Assembly (NCBI GenBank): GCA_027482685.1
Contig: JAIXVU010000002.1
Location: 85,352 to 121,709 of the forward strand
Direction: 5' to 3'
DNA length: 36,358 nucleotides
DNA from: a bacterium
GTDB lineage: Bacteria > Patescibacteriota > Minisyncoccia > Phycocordibacterales > UBA5272
Shown piece by piece: positions 1-7,799 of this stretch (positions are counted from its first letter, which is position 1; every line of letters begins with the position of its first letter). A program made the position numbers and the translations under genes. The notes beneath the pieces were generated by a model. That model saw nothing but the letters and a program-made list of their open reading frames with translations, searched no databases and was not told the origin of the DNA.

Positions 1-1
1 C

Positions 2-268
2 ATGCCACAGGTTAAACCACTTGATACAGCATTTTTATTACGTTTTGCAAAAGATATGCAAGGGATAGTAACAGTAGAAGAGCATCAATCATCAGGAGGG
101 CTTGGAAGTGCTGTTGCAGAGTATCTTGCTGAACATCATCCGATAAAAGTTGCCCGTGTCGGTATAGAGGATAGATTCGGCCAAAGTGGAAAGATGCAAG
201 AGCTCTATGAAGAGTATGGGTTAACCGCGAAGCATATTGTAGAAAAGATACGGAGCTTGGTGAGATAG
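2..268 (+). CDS. Transketolase-family protein, extreme C-terminal end (5'-partial, continues off the left edge)
   Basis: The ORF is open to the window edge. The sequence ..GGLGSAVAEYLAEHHPIKVARVGIEDRFGQSGKMQELYEEYGLTAKHIVEKI.. is typical of the C-terminus of transketolase C-terminal subunits. The fold is shared with DXS and E1-beta, so this is a family-level call only. Confidence 0.7.
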   Translation: MPQVKPLDTAFLLRFAKDMQGIVTVEEHQSSGGLGSAVAEYLAEHHPIKVARVGIEDRFGQSGKMQELYEEYGLTAKHIVEKIRSLVR

Positions 269-296
269 ACCTGTGTGTAATGTTATTGCAAACCAA

Positions 297-327
297 AAAG
301 GGTGACGCCTTATAGGCGTCACCCTTT
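297..327. terminator. Hairpin terminator between convergent genes
   Basis: A 13-bp perfect stem pairs aaagggtgacgcc (297-309) with ggcgtcacccttt (315-327), with loop ttata. The A/T-extended stem suits both directions. It overlaps the TGA stop of the minus-strand ORF. Confidence 0.6.
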
Positions 328-599
328 CAACCTGTTGTCCTACGTAGTATGGCTGGTGCAAAATACCGTACTGGCTTTCCACAAGCAAGAGGTGGGAGCT
401 CAGTGTTTAGGCATTTTCCACTCGGGTTAAATACCCACCAGATTTCTGCGAAATGGCTCTCCCTCATTCTGTTGTGTGCCTGTGCTATGCCAAGCGCTTC
501 TTGCAGTCGAGGGTACCGACCCCTGTCGTATAACGGGTCTTCATCGGGTATCATTCCGATAATCCTGTACCAGCCTTCGGTAGCTTTTTTTCTTCGCAT
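327..599 (-). CDS. Hypothetical small protein (about 90 aa), GC-rich
   Basis: The minus ORF is 327..641. I prefer the start at ATG 599 (MRRKKATEGWYRIIG..) because AGAAAGG lies 10 nt upstream and a TGtTATACA box lies further up. Both strands are open here because the patch is GC-rich, so coding status is uncertain. Confidence 0.4.
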   Translation of the reverse strand: MRRKKATEGWYRIIGMIPDEDPLYDRGRYPRLQEALGIAQAHNRMRESHFAEIWWVFNPSGKCLNTELPPLACGKPVRYFAPAILRRTTG

Positions 600-714
600 C
601 AAGCAGTAACCTTTCTGAATTATGAACACCTTGTATAACAATACTACTTTTTATTAAAAAGTCAAATATTTACCACCATTGCTTGAAGTAGCATGTTGCG
701 TATGCACAGTATCC

Positions 715-1719
715 CTATTCTAGTATCTTGAGTTCGTAACTGCTTGGAGCTTGCTTAAGATAATCCTCTATCTTTTCTTCCGTGAGTAATCCTTCTTGTG
801 CCCCCACTTTAATTACAACACTCGCACTGTTGATCGGTGCGCGTTTGATAGCGTACGGTGCGTCATATCCCTTTGCAAGGTATGAGATAAATGTTGAGAA
901 AAACGCATCTCCTGCACCAGTTCTTTCATATGGTGGTGCAATATCAGGATATATTGGCATATTGAAATAGGTGTTCTCGTATTTCATATATGACCCTTGA
1001 TGGCCGTCAGTTATGATGACTGTATGTGGTCCCATCGCTTCTAGTTTATCTAATAACACTTTCATGTCATTGGTATAGGTATCGAGAAGTTCCTCTGCTT
1101 CTTCTTTATTCATACAGACAACATCTGAAACTTTATAAAGATCCGCAAGTTCGTTCTTTAGATGTAACTGAAATGTACCTGGTTGAAATGCAAGTTTCAT
1201 CTCTGGGTGAGCTTTTTTATACTCTGCAATTTTGAAGTGGAGGTCTTTTGTATGTGATCCAAGTGAAGAGAGATAGAACCACTTTGGTACCCCAATATCA
1301 GGAAGCTCTGACTTGAATGCAGTATGCTTGATAAGAATTGTTCTATCATCACCAAACCATAGTACATAGTGGTAGTTAGTTGGGAGTCCAGCTTCTTTTG
1401 TTATGAATCTCGTATCTACTCCGTCAGCCTTGAGATGGTCTATACACTTTTGTCCATCAGCATCATCACCAAGAAATGTAATAAGCGCACTTTTTAACCC
1501 TAGACGACTTGCAGATACACATGCATTAGCAGTATTTCCAACTCCCGGAATAACAGTTACATTATCAAACGGGATCTTGGCGCCGTAGGGTATACATAAT
1601 TCGGCGCCCTTTGCCGTTTCTTGAGTATGTCCTACAGAAAGCTTGATAAACGCATCAATAAGCGTGTCTCCAATACCAATAAAATCAAACTGGCTGTTAT
1701 CGTTTGTGGCGTTGTTCAT
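715..1719 (-). CDS. PfkB-family carbohydrate kinase (ribokinase-like)
   Basis: I moved the start from 1788 to ATG 1719 (MNNATNDNSQFDFIGIGDTLID..). The C-terminal ..ERTGAGDAFFSTF.. matches the PfkB signature. A TATACT box (1734..1729, minus strand) ends 9 nt upstream of the ATG. Confidence 0.85.
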   Translation of the reverse strand: MNNATNDNSQFDFIGIGDTLIDAFIKLSVGHTQETAKGAELCIPYGAKIPFDNVTVIPGVGNTANACVSASRLGLKSALITFLGDDADGQKCIDHLKADGVDTRFITKEAGLPTNYHYVLWFGDDRTILIKHTAFKSELPDIGVPKWFYLSSLGSHTKDLHFKIAEYKKAHPEMKLAFQPGTFQLHLKNELADLYKVSDVVCMNKEEAEELLDTYTNDMKVLLDKLEAMGPHTVIITDGHQGSYMKYENTYFNMPIYPDIAPPYERTGAGDAFFSTFISYLAKGYDAPYAIKRAPINSASVVIKVGAQEGLLTEEKIEDYLKQAPSSYELKILE

Positions 1720-1749
1720 ATGACTTTTAGTATAACAGAGGACATCATG

Positions 1750-1755
1750 TATACT
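1750..1755 (+). promoter_or_regulatory. -10 box (TATACT) 8 nt upstream of the fba start codon (leaderless-type promoter)
   Basis: The sequence reads tgTATACTatgttgatATG, with no purine-rich SD between the box and the ATG. Confidence 0.45.
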
Positions 1756-1763
1756 ATGTTGAT

Positions 1764-2654
1764 ATGAAAGGACTACAAAAACAATCACCTCAATATCTCG
1801 ACCTTATTAACGAATATAAAAGCAAAGGACATGCGATTGCGCATTTCAATATCTCTAACCTTGATCAAGCACGTGCAATAGTAGAAGTTGCAGAAGAGCT
1901 CAAACAACCGGTTATCATTGGTGTGAGTGAAGGTGAACGAGCATATATGGGCGAGGAGATGGTAAGGAAAATAGTTGATCAGCTAAATGAAGAGCATAGT
2001 GTACCAATTTTTCTAAATGCAGATCATACCTATTCAATTGAAAAGGTTAAGCAAGTTGTAGAGCTTGGGTACGATAGTGTGATCGTTGATGGGGCGAAGC
2101 TTCCATATGAGGAGAATGTTGCTCTTGTGAAGAGTTGTGTTGATTACGTACGAGGATACGAAGAGAAAACCGGTAAGCGAGTGCTCGTAGAGGCAGAACT
2201 CGGCTACATCGGGCAGTCATCTTCACTTAATAGTGCGTTACCTGAAGGAGTGAGCGAAGAGAATCTAACAACGGTTGATCAAGCAAAAGATTTTGTTATC
2301 CGTACTGGCGTGGATATGTTCGCCCCAGCTATTGGGAATGTGCACGGGATGTTAATTGATGCTGTAGAGCCAGCACTACATATTGATAGACTGAAAGATA
2401 TTAGTAGCGCCGTTGATGTGCCGTTAGTATTACATGGTGCAAGTGGTAACACTGACGAGGATCTAAAGGGCGCCATTGATAATGGTGTTGCTATCATTCA
2501 CATCAATACAGAGATACGTAAGGCATTTCGTGATGGGGAGATGGCGTACCTCGCAGAACATCCGAATGAAGTTGCGCCGTATAAGTTTGGGCATGAGGGG
2601 CAGGAGGAGATGAAAAAAATAGTTAAGGCTAAGATGTTATTGTACGCACAATAG
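1764..2654 (+). CDS. fba: Class II fructose/tagatose-bisphosphate aldolase
   Basis: The 296-aa product carries the motifs AHFNISNLDQ, LNADHT, VLHGASG and IIHINTE, which are typical of the class II (metal-dependent) FBP aldolase family. Confidence 0.9.
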   Translation: MKGLQKQSPQYLDLINEYKSKGHAIAHFNISNLDQARAIVEVAEELKQPVIIGVSEGERAYMGEEMVRKIVDQLNEEHSVPIFLNADHTYSIEKVKQVVELGYDSVIVDGAKLPYEENVALVKSCVDYVRGYEEKTGKRVLVEAELGYIGQSSSLNSALPEGVSEENLTTVDQAKDFVIRTGVDMFAPAIGNVHGMLIDAVEPALHIDRLKDISSAVDVPLVLHGASGNTDEDLKGAIDNGVAIIHINTEIRKAFRDGEMAYLAEHPNEVAPYKFGHEGQEEMKKIVKAKMLLYAQ

Positions 2655-2691
2655 GATTGCTATACACCAAGCCATAAATTGGCGACCTGCT

Positions 2692-2760
2692 TAGAGATAT
2701 GTAAAAAAGTGTTTCAACGTACAAGTGAGTACGTCTCCAAACTTTTTTCACATATCTCTA
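2692..2760. terminator. Two-tier long hairpin between convergent fba and VIT1 genes
   Basis: The outer stem has 19 bp plus one bulge (2692-2710 / 2741-2760). The inner stem acgtac/gtacgt (2717-22 / 2729-34) has a 6-nt loop. Confidence 0.55.
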
Positions 2761-2873
2761 TCGCATCTCATCCAATTTCTCTCTCGGCGTTTATTTAAAT
2801 TAGAATTTGATACAAATGAAAGCTATGCATAGTAGATAATAGTTGAAACAACCTAGTCTCTAAACCCTAATCT

Positions 2874-3368
2874 CTAGCTCACTATAGCTGATATCATCTG
2901 GCCAACAAAATATGCAATAGCAGCACAGAGGGTTCCAATAGTTACTGATTGGAATATCATATAGGAAACATTGCGCTTTAGCACTCGCGCTCGCATGTAA
3001 CCGATTGCAATGAACGCGAGGACTGTGAAGAGTATTGATAAAGCGAATTCATTTGCTGGTAGTGTTACAAAAAGTGCAAGAAGAAATGGTATAAGGGGGA
3101 TGAGTCCAACACCAACGAATGATATAAAGGTAATGAACGCTTGTGTGAAGGACTTCTTTTCATTTGCTTTATCTTTTGATTCTTCAGAGAGGAAATCAGC
3201 AGATGCCATAGAGAATCCGTCTGAAGCGAGATTTGCACATCCGAGAATGATGATGATACGTGGATCAAGTCCAGCTCCTGCTGCCCCTGCCATAACAGAG
3301 AACGTCGTAACTGCACCATCTGATCCACCGTATACAATAGCAGGGAGAATATCTTTGAATTTTTTCAT
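2874..3368 (-). CDS. VIT1/CCC1-family iron/manganese transporter
   Basis: The 164-aa product has the N-terminal YGGSDGAVTTFSVMAGAAGAGLD motif followed by hydrophobic helices. A TATACT box (3381..3376, minus strand) ends 7 nt upstream of the ATG. Confidence 0.8.
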   Translation of the reverse strand: MKKFKDILPAIVYGGSDGAVTTFSVMAGAAGAGLDPRIIIILGCANLASDGFSMASADFLSEESKDKANEKKSFTQAFITFISFVGVGLIPLIPFLLALFVTLPANEFALSILFTVLAFIAIGYMRARVLKRNVSYMIFQSVTIGTLCAAIAYFVGQMISAIVS

Positions 3369-3394
3369 TTTCTATAGTATATACCGAGTTATGC

Positions 3395-3495
3395 TTTTGA
3401 AGGAATTATCGAACCTTGGACTTACTCCACCACCAGCACTTTCCCACGAGAATTACCTTGCGGACCGCGACGGCGCGAGTAGAGGCGACTTTTTA
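3395..3495. ncRNA. Candidate structured GC-rich element upstream of the VIT1 gene (family and strand unresolved)
   Basis: This is a GC-rich patch in an otherwise AT-rich spacer. A long-range helix pairs 3421-27 with 3477-84. Hairpin 3466-69/3474-77 is present. Hairpin cc-ttgc-gg (3456-63) is a GCAA GNRA tetraloop when read on the minus strand. A T5 run lies at 3491-95 on the plus strand. Confidence 0.25.
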
Positions 3496-3664
3496 GCAAA
3501 AAAGTACACCGTGTAATTCGACGGGAAAGTTGAAAAGAAAATCTTTTATAAAAATAATTACAAAATATCTGACGTATCGAACTACAGTATATTTGAGTAA
3601 AAGTAAACTAAAATGAAAAACTTTGCTCTTATTGTAAGACGGCGTATACTCGAGTAATAATATA

Positions 3665-3670
3665 TACAAT
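3665..3670 (+). promoter_or_regulatory. -10 box (TACAAT) 6 nt upstream of the malic enzyme ATG
   Basis: The sequence reads tataTACAATtaatttATG, with no SD. Confidence 0.4.
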
Positions 3671-3676
3671 TAATTT

Positions 3677-4819
3677 ATGAATCATGATTTTAATCAAGAA
3701 GCATTAGAGCTTCACGCAAAAGGACATGGAAAAATAGAGACTGGGCTTAAGGTTCCACTCACAACTAGAGAAGACCTTTCACGTGCGTATAGCCCAGGAG
3801 TAGGAAAAGTAGTGCAAGAAATCGCTCGTGATCCGTCTCTTGCACGTGAGTACACCCTTAAACGTAATACGGTTGCTATTGTATCTGATGGGTCAGCGAT
3901 ACTTGGACTAGGTAATTTAGGTGCACTTGCCGCTATTCCAGTTATGGAAGGGAAGGCTGCAATACTAAAATCCTTTGCTGGGGTAGATGCGTTCCCGATA
4001 TGTTTGGATACACAAGATGCCGAGGAAATTATCAAAGCAGTAAAGCAACTTGCTCCAGTATTTGGCGCGGTTAATCTAGAAGATATCGCAGCACCAAAGT
4101 GTTTTGAGATAGAAGAACGGTTACGTAGAGAACTGTCTATCCCCGTAATGCATGATGATCAGTGGGGGACAGCAACAGTAGTCTTAGGCGGACTCATTAA
4201 TGCACTCAAGGTAACCGGACGTGGTGAAGGTAAGGATGTAAAGATTGTAATAAACGGCGTCGGCTCAGCAGGTGTTGCTATTGCTAGGATTCTTCTTGCG
4301 TACGGATTTGGTAATATTTTATTCTGTGACAGCAAAGGAATCATTCATGCTAACCGTGAAGAGTTAACTAAAGAAAAACTTGAACTCATTAGTAAGAGTA
4401 CTCTTAAAGGGTTTGAAGGAACTCTTGCCCAAGCAGTATCTGGGGCTGATGTGTTTATCGGTGTTTCAAAAGCAGGAGCTCTTACAAAAGAAATGGCAGA
4501 AAGTATGAATTCAGAATCAATTGTGTTTGCTCTTGCCAATCCAATACCTGAGATACTGCCAGAGGTTGCATATGAGGCAGGGGTTGGTGTTATCGCAACA
4601 GGGAGAAGTGATTATCCTAATCAGTTGAATAACTCGCTCATTTTCCCGGGGTTATTCAAAGGAATGCTTGAGAATAATATAAAGCAATTTGAAATAGAGA
4701 TGTTTACAAAAGCCGCTCTTGCTCTCGCGTCGCATGTACAAGATTTGAAAAAAGATAGTATACTACCGAACATGTTTGATAAAGAACTTGTTGCTGTTAT
4801 AGCTCGTTCCGTTGAATAA
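3677..4819 (+). CDS. NAD(P)-dependent malic enzyme (small bacterial type)
   Basis: The 380-aa product carries the motifs YSPGVGKV, VSDGSAILGLGNLG and INGVGSAGVAIARIL (Rossmann), plus LANPIPEI. Confidence 0.9.
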   Translation: MNHDFNQEALELHAKGHGKIETGLKVPLTTREDLSRAYSPGVGKVVQEIARDPSLAREYTLKRNTVAIVSDGSAILGLGNLGALAAIPVMEGKAAILKSFAGVDAFPICLDTQDAEEIIKAVKQLAPVFGAVNLEDIAAPKCFEIEERLRRELSIPVMHDDQWGTATVVLGGLINALKVTGRGEGKDVKIVINGVGSAGVAIARILLAYGFGNILFCDSKGIIHANREELTKEKLELISKSTLKGFEGTLAQAVSGADVFIGVSKAGALTKEMAESMNSESIVFALANPIPEILPEVAYEAGVGVIATGRSDYPNQLNNSLIFPGLFKGMLENNIKQFEIEMFTKAALALASHVQDLKKDSILPNMFDKELVAVIARSVE

Positions 4820-4873
4820 AGATAGTACGGTTGATATTTATAAAGATAGTATAGTAGATGATATTGAGCACAT

Positions 4874-5842
4874 ATGACGTTATTTTTTTCACTTGGTGCT
4901 ATCCTGGTAGGATTATTTATTTTGGTAAAGGGAGCAGATTTGCTTGTTGATGGTGCGAGTAGTTTTGCAAAAAAACTACGAGTATCTGATTTGATCATTG
5001 GACTTACAATTGTTGCGTTCGGTACGTCAGCCCCAGAGCTTGTCGTTAACATAACATCTATACTTGATGGCAATACACAGATAGCGATAGGGAACATTGT
5101 TGGTTCTAATATTGCCAATATCTTCCTTATCCTTGGTGTGACTGCTATGATTGCAAAAATATCTGTAAGAAGTAGCACTATATGGAAAGAAGTGCCTTTT
5201 TCTGCTCTGGCGGCGTTTATACTTATTGTGCTTGCAGCTGATCAGTACTTGTCTCGCACTGCGGTAAGTTCTAGTATTTCTTTCGCAGATGGTGTAATAC
5301 TGCTGTCATTTTTTGCTGTGTTTATGGCGTACATTATTAGTCAGTCTGTAAGCTCAAAAGATTCTGTAGAAAAAATAGAAGCAAAATACAGCACCTCGAC
5401 ATCGATTTTCTATATTGTTAGCGGACTTATATTCCTTGTTGCAGGTGGAACACTTGTACAAAAGTATGCAGTACTTTTAGCTCAAGCTGCAGGGGTCTCA
5501 GATACACTCATCGCACTTACAATTGTTGCGATAGGCACCTCTTTGCCTGAGTTTGCAACATCAGTTCGTGCAGCAATGAAAGGTAATGCTGATATTGCAA
5601 TTGGTAATATTGTTGGTTCTAATATCTTTAATATCTTTTTTATACTAGGGGTATCAGCGCTTATCAAAGAGCTGCCACTTATTACAGGGAACATGTTTGA
5701 CGCGGGTATGGCATTGTTAGCGAGTGTTGTCCTGTTTGTATTCCTTCATATAGGTAAAGATAAGTCCTTGTTTAAGTATAAAGGTGCGGCAATGATTGCA
5801 ATATATATTGCATATCTTATCTATATTATTATGCGTGGATAG
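4874..5842 (+). CDS. CaCA-family Na+/Ca2+ (cation/Ca2+) antiporter, YrbG-like
   Basis: The 322-aa polytopic protein has the two alpha-repeat signatures GTSAPELVVN and GTSLPEFATS, each followed by GNIVGSNI. Confidence 0.85.
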   Translation: MTLFFSLGAILVGLFILVKGADLLVDGASSFAKKLRVSDLIIGLTIVAFGTSAPELVVNITSILDGNTQIAIGNIVGSNIANIFLILGVTAMIAKISVRSSTIWKEVPFSALAAFILIVLAADQYLSRTAVSSSISFADGVILLSFFAVFMAYIISQSVSSKDSVEKIEAKYSTSTSIFYIVSGLIFLVAGGTLVQKYAVLLAQAAGVSDTLIALTIVAIGTSLPEFATSVRAAMKGNADIAIGNIVGSNIFNIFFILGVSALIKELPLITGNMFDAGMALLASVVLFVFLHIGKDKSLFKYKGAAMIAIYIAYLIYIIMRG

Positions 5843-5933
5843 TGCTAGATTCAATAAAAGCAAAGGACTTAGATACTGTTACTTCTATGGTACATATTTG
5901 TCTAATAGTACATTCATTGATAGTATAGACACA

Positions 5934-7193
5934 ATGTCATTTTCATTTGAAATAGTCACTAGAGGTGATGGGGGAGATACAGAGCGCGCGCCTTTGGCGC
6001 GCGCTGGTATAATTCATACCCCACACGGTGATATAGAAACTCCAGCATTTATTACTGTCGGCACAAAAGCAACCGTCAAATCACTTCGTCCGGAGGATGT
6101 GAGAGATTTGGTCGGTGCTCAAGCAGTTCTTGCCAACACATATCATCTCTACTTACAACCAGGGGATGAGCTCGTAGCAAAACATGGCGGGTTTGCAAAC
6201 ATGATGGGGTGGAAAGATGTTGGTGGAAAGCGCGCTCCTACGTTTACCGACAGTGGCGGATTTCAAGTTTTCTCACTTGGCCAAGCTCTTGGTCACGGGG
6301 TTAGTAAGATTGCAACGAATGAAGAGATAAGTGCACGTGAGGCAAAGGGTCTAGAGATAGAGCATGCTCACGAGAAGCTTGCAACAATAGATGAGGATGG
6401 TGTGACGTTTAAGTCTGTAATTGATGGAAGTGAGCATAGATTTACCCCAGAGCGAAGTATGCAGATACAACATAATCTCGGAGCGGATATTTTTTTTGCA
6501 TTTGATGAATGCACGTCACCGCTTGCGCCTGTTGAGTATCAGCGTGAAGCAATAGACAGAACACACAGATGGGCCAAGCGTTCTCTTGATGAGCATAAAC
6601 GTCTCGGAGTATCATCTGCAACAGGTAAGCAACAGGCATTATTTGGTGTTGTTCAGGGTGGTGCTTATGAAAACTTACGTCGCGAAAGCGCGCGAGTGCT
6701 CGGGGCTATGGATTTTGATGGCTATGGTATAGGAGGAAGTTTTACAAAAGAAGATATAGGCACTGCAGTTAAGTGGGTCTGCGAAGAATTGCCAGAAGGA
6801 AAGCCACGACACCTACTTGGTATAGGTGAACCTATGGATATACTACTTGGCATAGAAAATGGTATTGATACCTTTGACTGTGTTGCACCAACTCGTCTTG
6901 CTCGTAATGGAGCTCTCTATACGTATGATGGCCGTATCAATATCTTTAATGCAAAGTATCGTGATGATATGTCGAAAGTATCAGATGATGAAAGTTGGTA
7001 TACACATCAGTTTACAAAAAGTTATCTTGCGCATCTTTTCAGGGCAGATGAGATGACAGGTGCAACGATTGCGTCACTTCATAATTTACAGTTTTTGACA
7101 CAGTTATGTAGTGATGCACGTAAACATCTCATTTTAGGAACTTTTACTACTTTTAAGAACGATTTTATCGCACGTTACTACCGGGCTTCATAA
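5934..7193 (+). CDS. tgt: Queuine tRNA-ribosyltransferase (tRNA-guanine transglycosylase) homolog
   Basis: I moved the start to ATG 5934 (MSFSFEIV..) because TAGTAT (5921-26) ends 7 nt upstream. The motifs TPAFITVGTKATVK, FTDSGGFQV, AFDECT, GVVQGG, LLGIGEP and FDCVAPTRLARNG are present. The zinc motif is absent (see findings). Confidence 0.85.
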   Translation: MSFSFEIVTRGDGGDTERAPLARAGIIHTPHGDIETPAFITVGTKATVKSLRPEDVRDLVGAQAVLANTYHLYLQPGDELVAKHGGFANMMGWKDVGGKRAPTFTDSGGFQVFSLGQALGHGVSKIATNEEISAREAKGLEIEHAHEKLATIDEDGVTFKSVIDGSEHRFTPERSMQIQHNLGADIFFAFDECTSPLAPVEYQREAIDRTHRWAKRSLDEHKRLGVSSATGKQQALFGVVQGGAYENLRRESARVLGAMDFDGYGIGGSFTKEDIGTAVKWVCEELPEGKPRHLLGIGEPMDILLGIENGIDTFDCVAPTRLARNGALYTYDGRINIFNAKYRDDMSKVSDDESWYTHQFTKSYLAHLFRADEMTGATIASLHNLQFLTQLCSDARKHLILGTFTTFKNDFIARYYRAS

Positions 7194-7213
7194 CTTGTAT
7201 ATACAAATGAAAA

Positions 7214-7239
7214 GTCGTGAGCCAATGTTGGCTCACGAC
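7214..7239 (-). terminator. Intrinsic terminator for the minus-strand membrane-protein gene (may also stop tgt)
   Basis: A 10-bp stem pairs gtcgtgagcc with ggctcacgac around loop aatgtt. An A4 run precedes it on the plus strand, which is a T4 run after it on the minus strand. Confidence 0.6.
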
Positions 7240-7276
7240 CGAATGCGTGATCAATCCCTTGCGGTGATTGCGTGTC

Positions 7277-7747
7277 TTATGTGTTAGGGCTCCCTATTTC
7301 ACTTCTCCAGTTTTCAGAAAAGGAGTATGCGAAGTAGACACACAAGAGGACAACAAAGAATGCCGCACTCTTTAGCGAAAACATTGCGGTAACAGCTACA
7401 AGAGTTACCGCAGTTCGCTCAAGCGGTACCGCGGTTTTATTTTTGTACGACATTGCTGCAAGTGCAAATACCGACACAGATAGATAGCCTATCCATTGAC
7501 TGACGTCGCTGTGCACGAATGCCGCTTTGACCGTCATCCAGATCGTGAAGAGTGAGACGAAGAAAAGCGAACTTCGTACACAGACTTCCCGAGGACGTAG
7601 CTTTCTCTCCATATGTGTGACTGCGGGTATGATGCTCGTCACCGCAAACACAAGCGGGAAGATGGTGTAGACTTGCCCATATTCTGCGAGTATCCATGGT
7701 GTAAACATGAGATACCCAGCAGTGAATAAAAAGAACACGTGACGCAC
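7277..7747 (-). CDS. Hypothetical integral membrane protein (4-5 TM helices)
   Basis: The ORF is 7277..7852. I prefer the start at GTG 7747 because GGGAGA lies 5 nt upstream and the longer form would overlap the uvrB start. The product is hydrophobic and I recognise no family. Confidence 0.5.
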   Translation of the reverse strand: MRHVFFLFTAGYLMFTPWILAEYGQVYTIFPLVFAVTSIIPAVTHMERKLRPREVCVRSSLFFVSLFTIWMTVKAAFVHSDVSQWIGYLSVSVFALAAMSYKNKTAVPLERTAVTLVAVTAMFSLKSAAFFVVLLCVYFAYSFSENWRSEIGSPNT

Positions 7748-7778
7748 AAGCGTCTCCCTGGTAGTTGAGGATATCCTA

Positions 7779-7787
7779 TGGTATAAT
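7779..7787 (+). promoter_or_regulatory. Extended -10 promoter (TGgTATAAT) of uvrB, with adjacent 10-bp palindrome AGGATATCCT (7768-7777)
   Basis: The sequence reads aggatatcctaTGgTATAATgtatatcttaatATG. The box ends 12 nt before the ATG and there is no SD. Confidence 0.45.
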
Positions 7788-7799
7788 GTATATCTTAAT

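Noticed and set aside
3395-3495. A yybP-ykoY (Mn2+) riboswitch might control the VIT1 transporter gene.
   Set aside because: Only a GGUGGAGUAAG string resembles the conserved GGGGAGUAG loop, and it lies at the 3' end of the patch, too close to the ATG for the rest of the fold. A TATACT box 7 nt from the ATG suggests a leaderless mRNA. The 5S-like string gcgagtagagg also lacks the required terminal helix partner.
5796-5933. The track gives N-terminal extensions for five genes: tgt 5796, PfkB 1788, uvrC 13703, MFS 27157 and dnaE 34359.
   Set aside because: The extensions are hydrophobic or aromatic junk preceding the conserved N-termini. In each case a -10-like box sits 6-9 nt upstream of the internal ATG that begins the conserved sequence.
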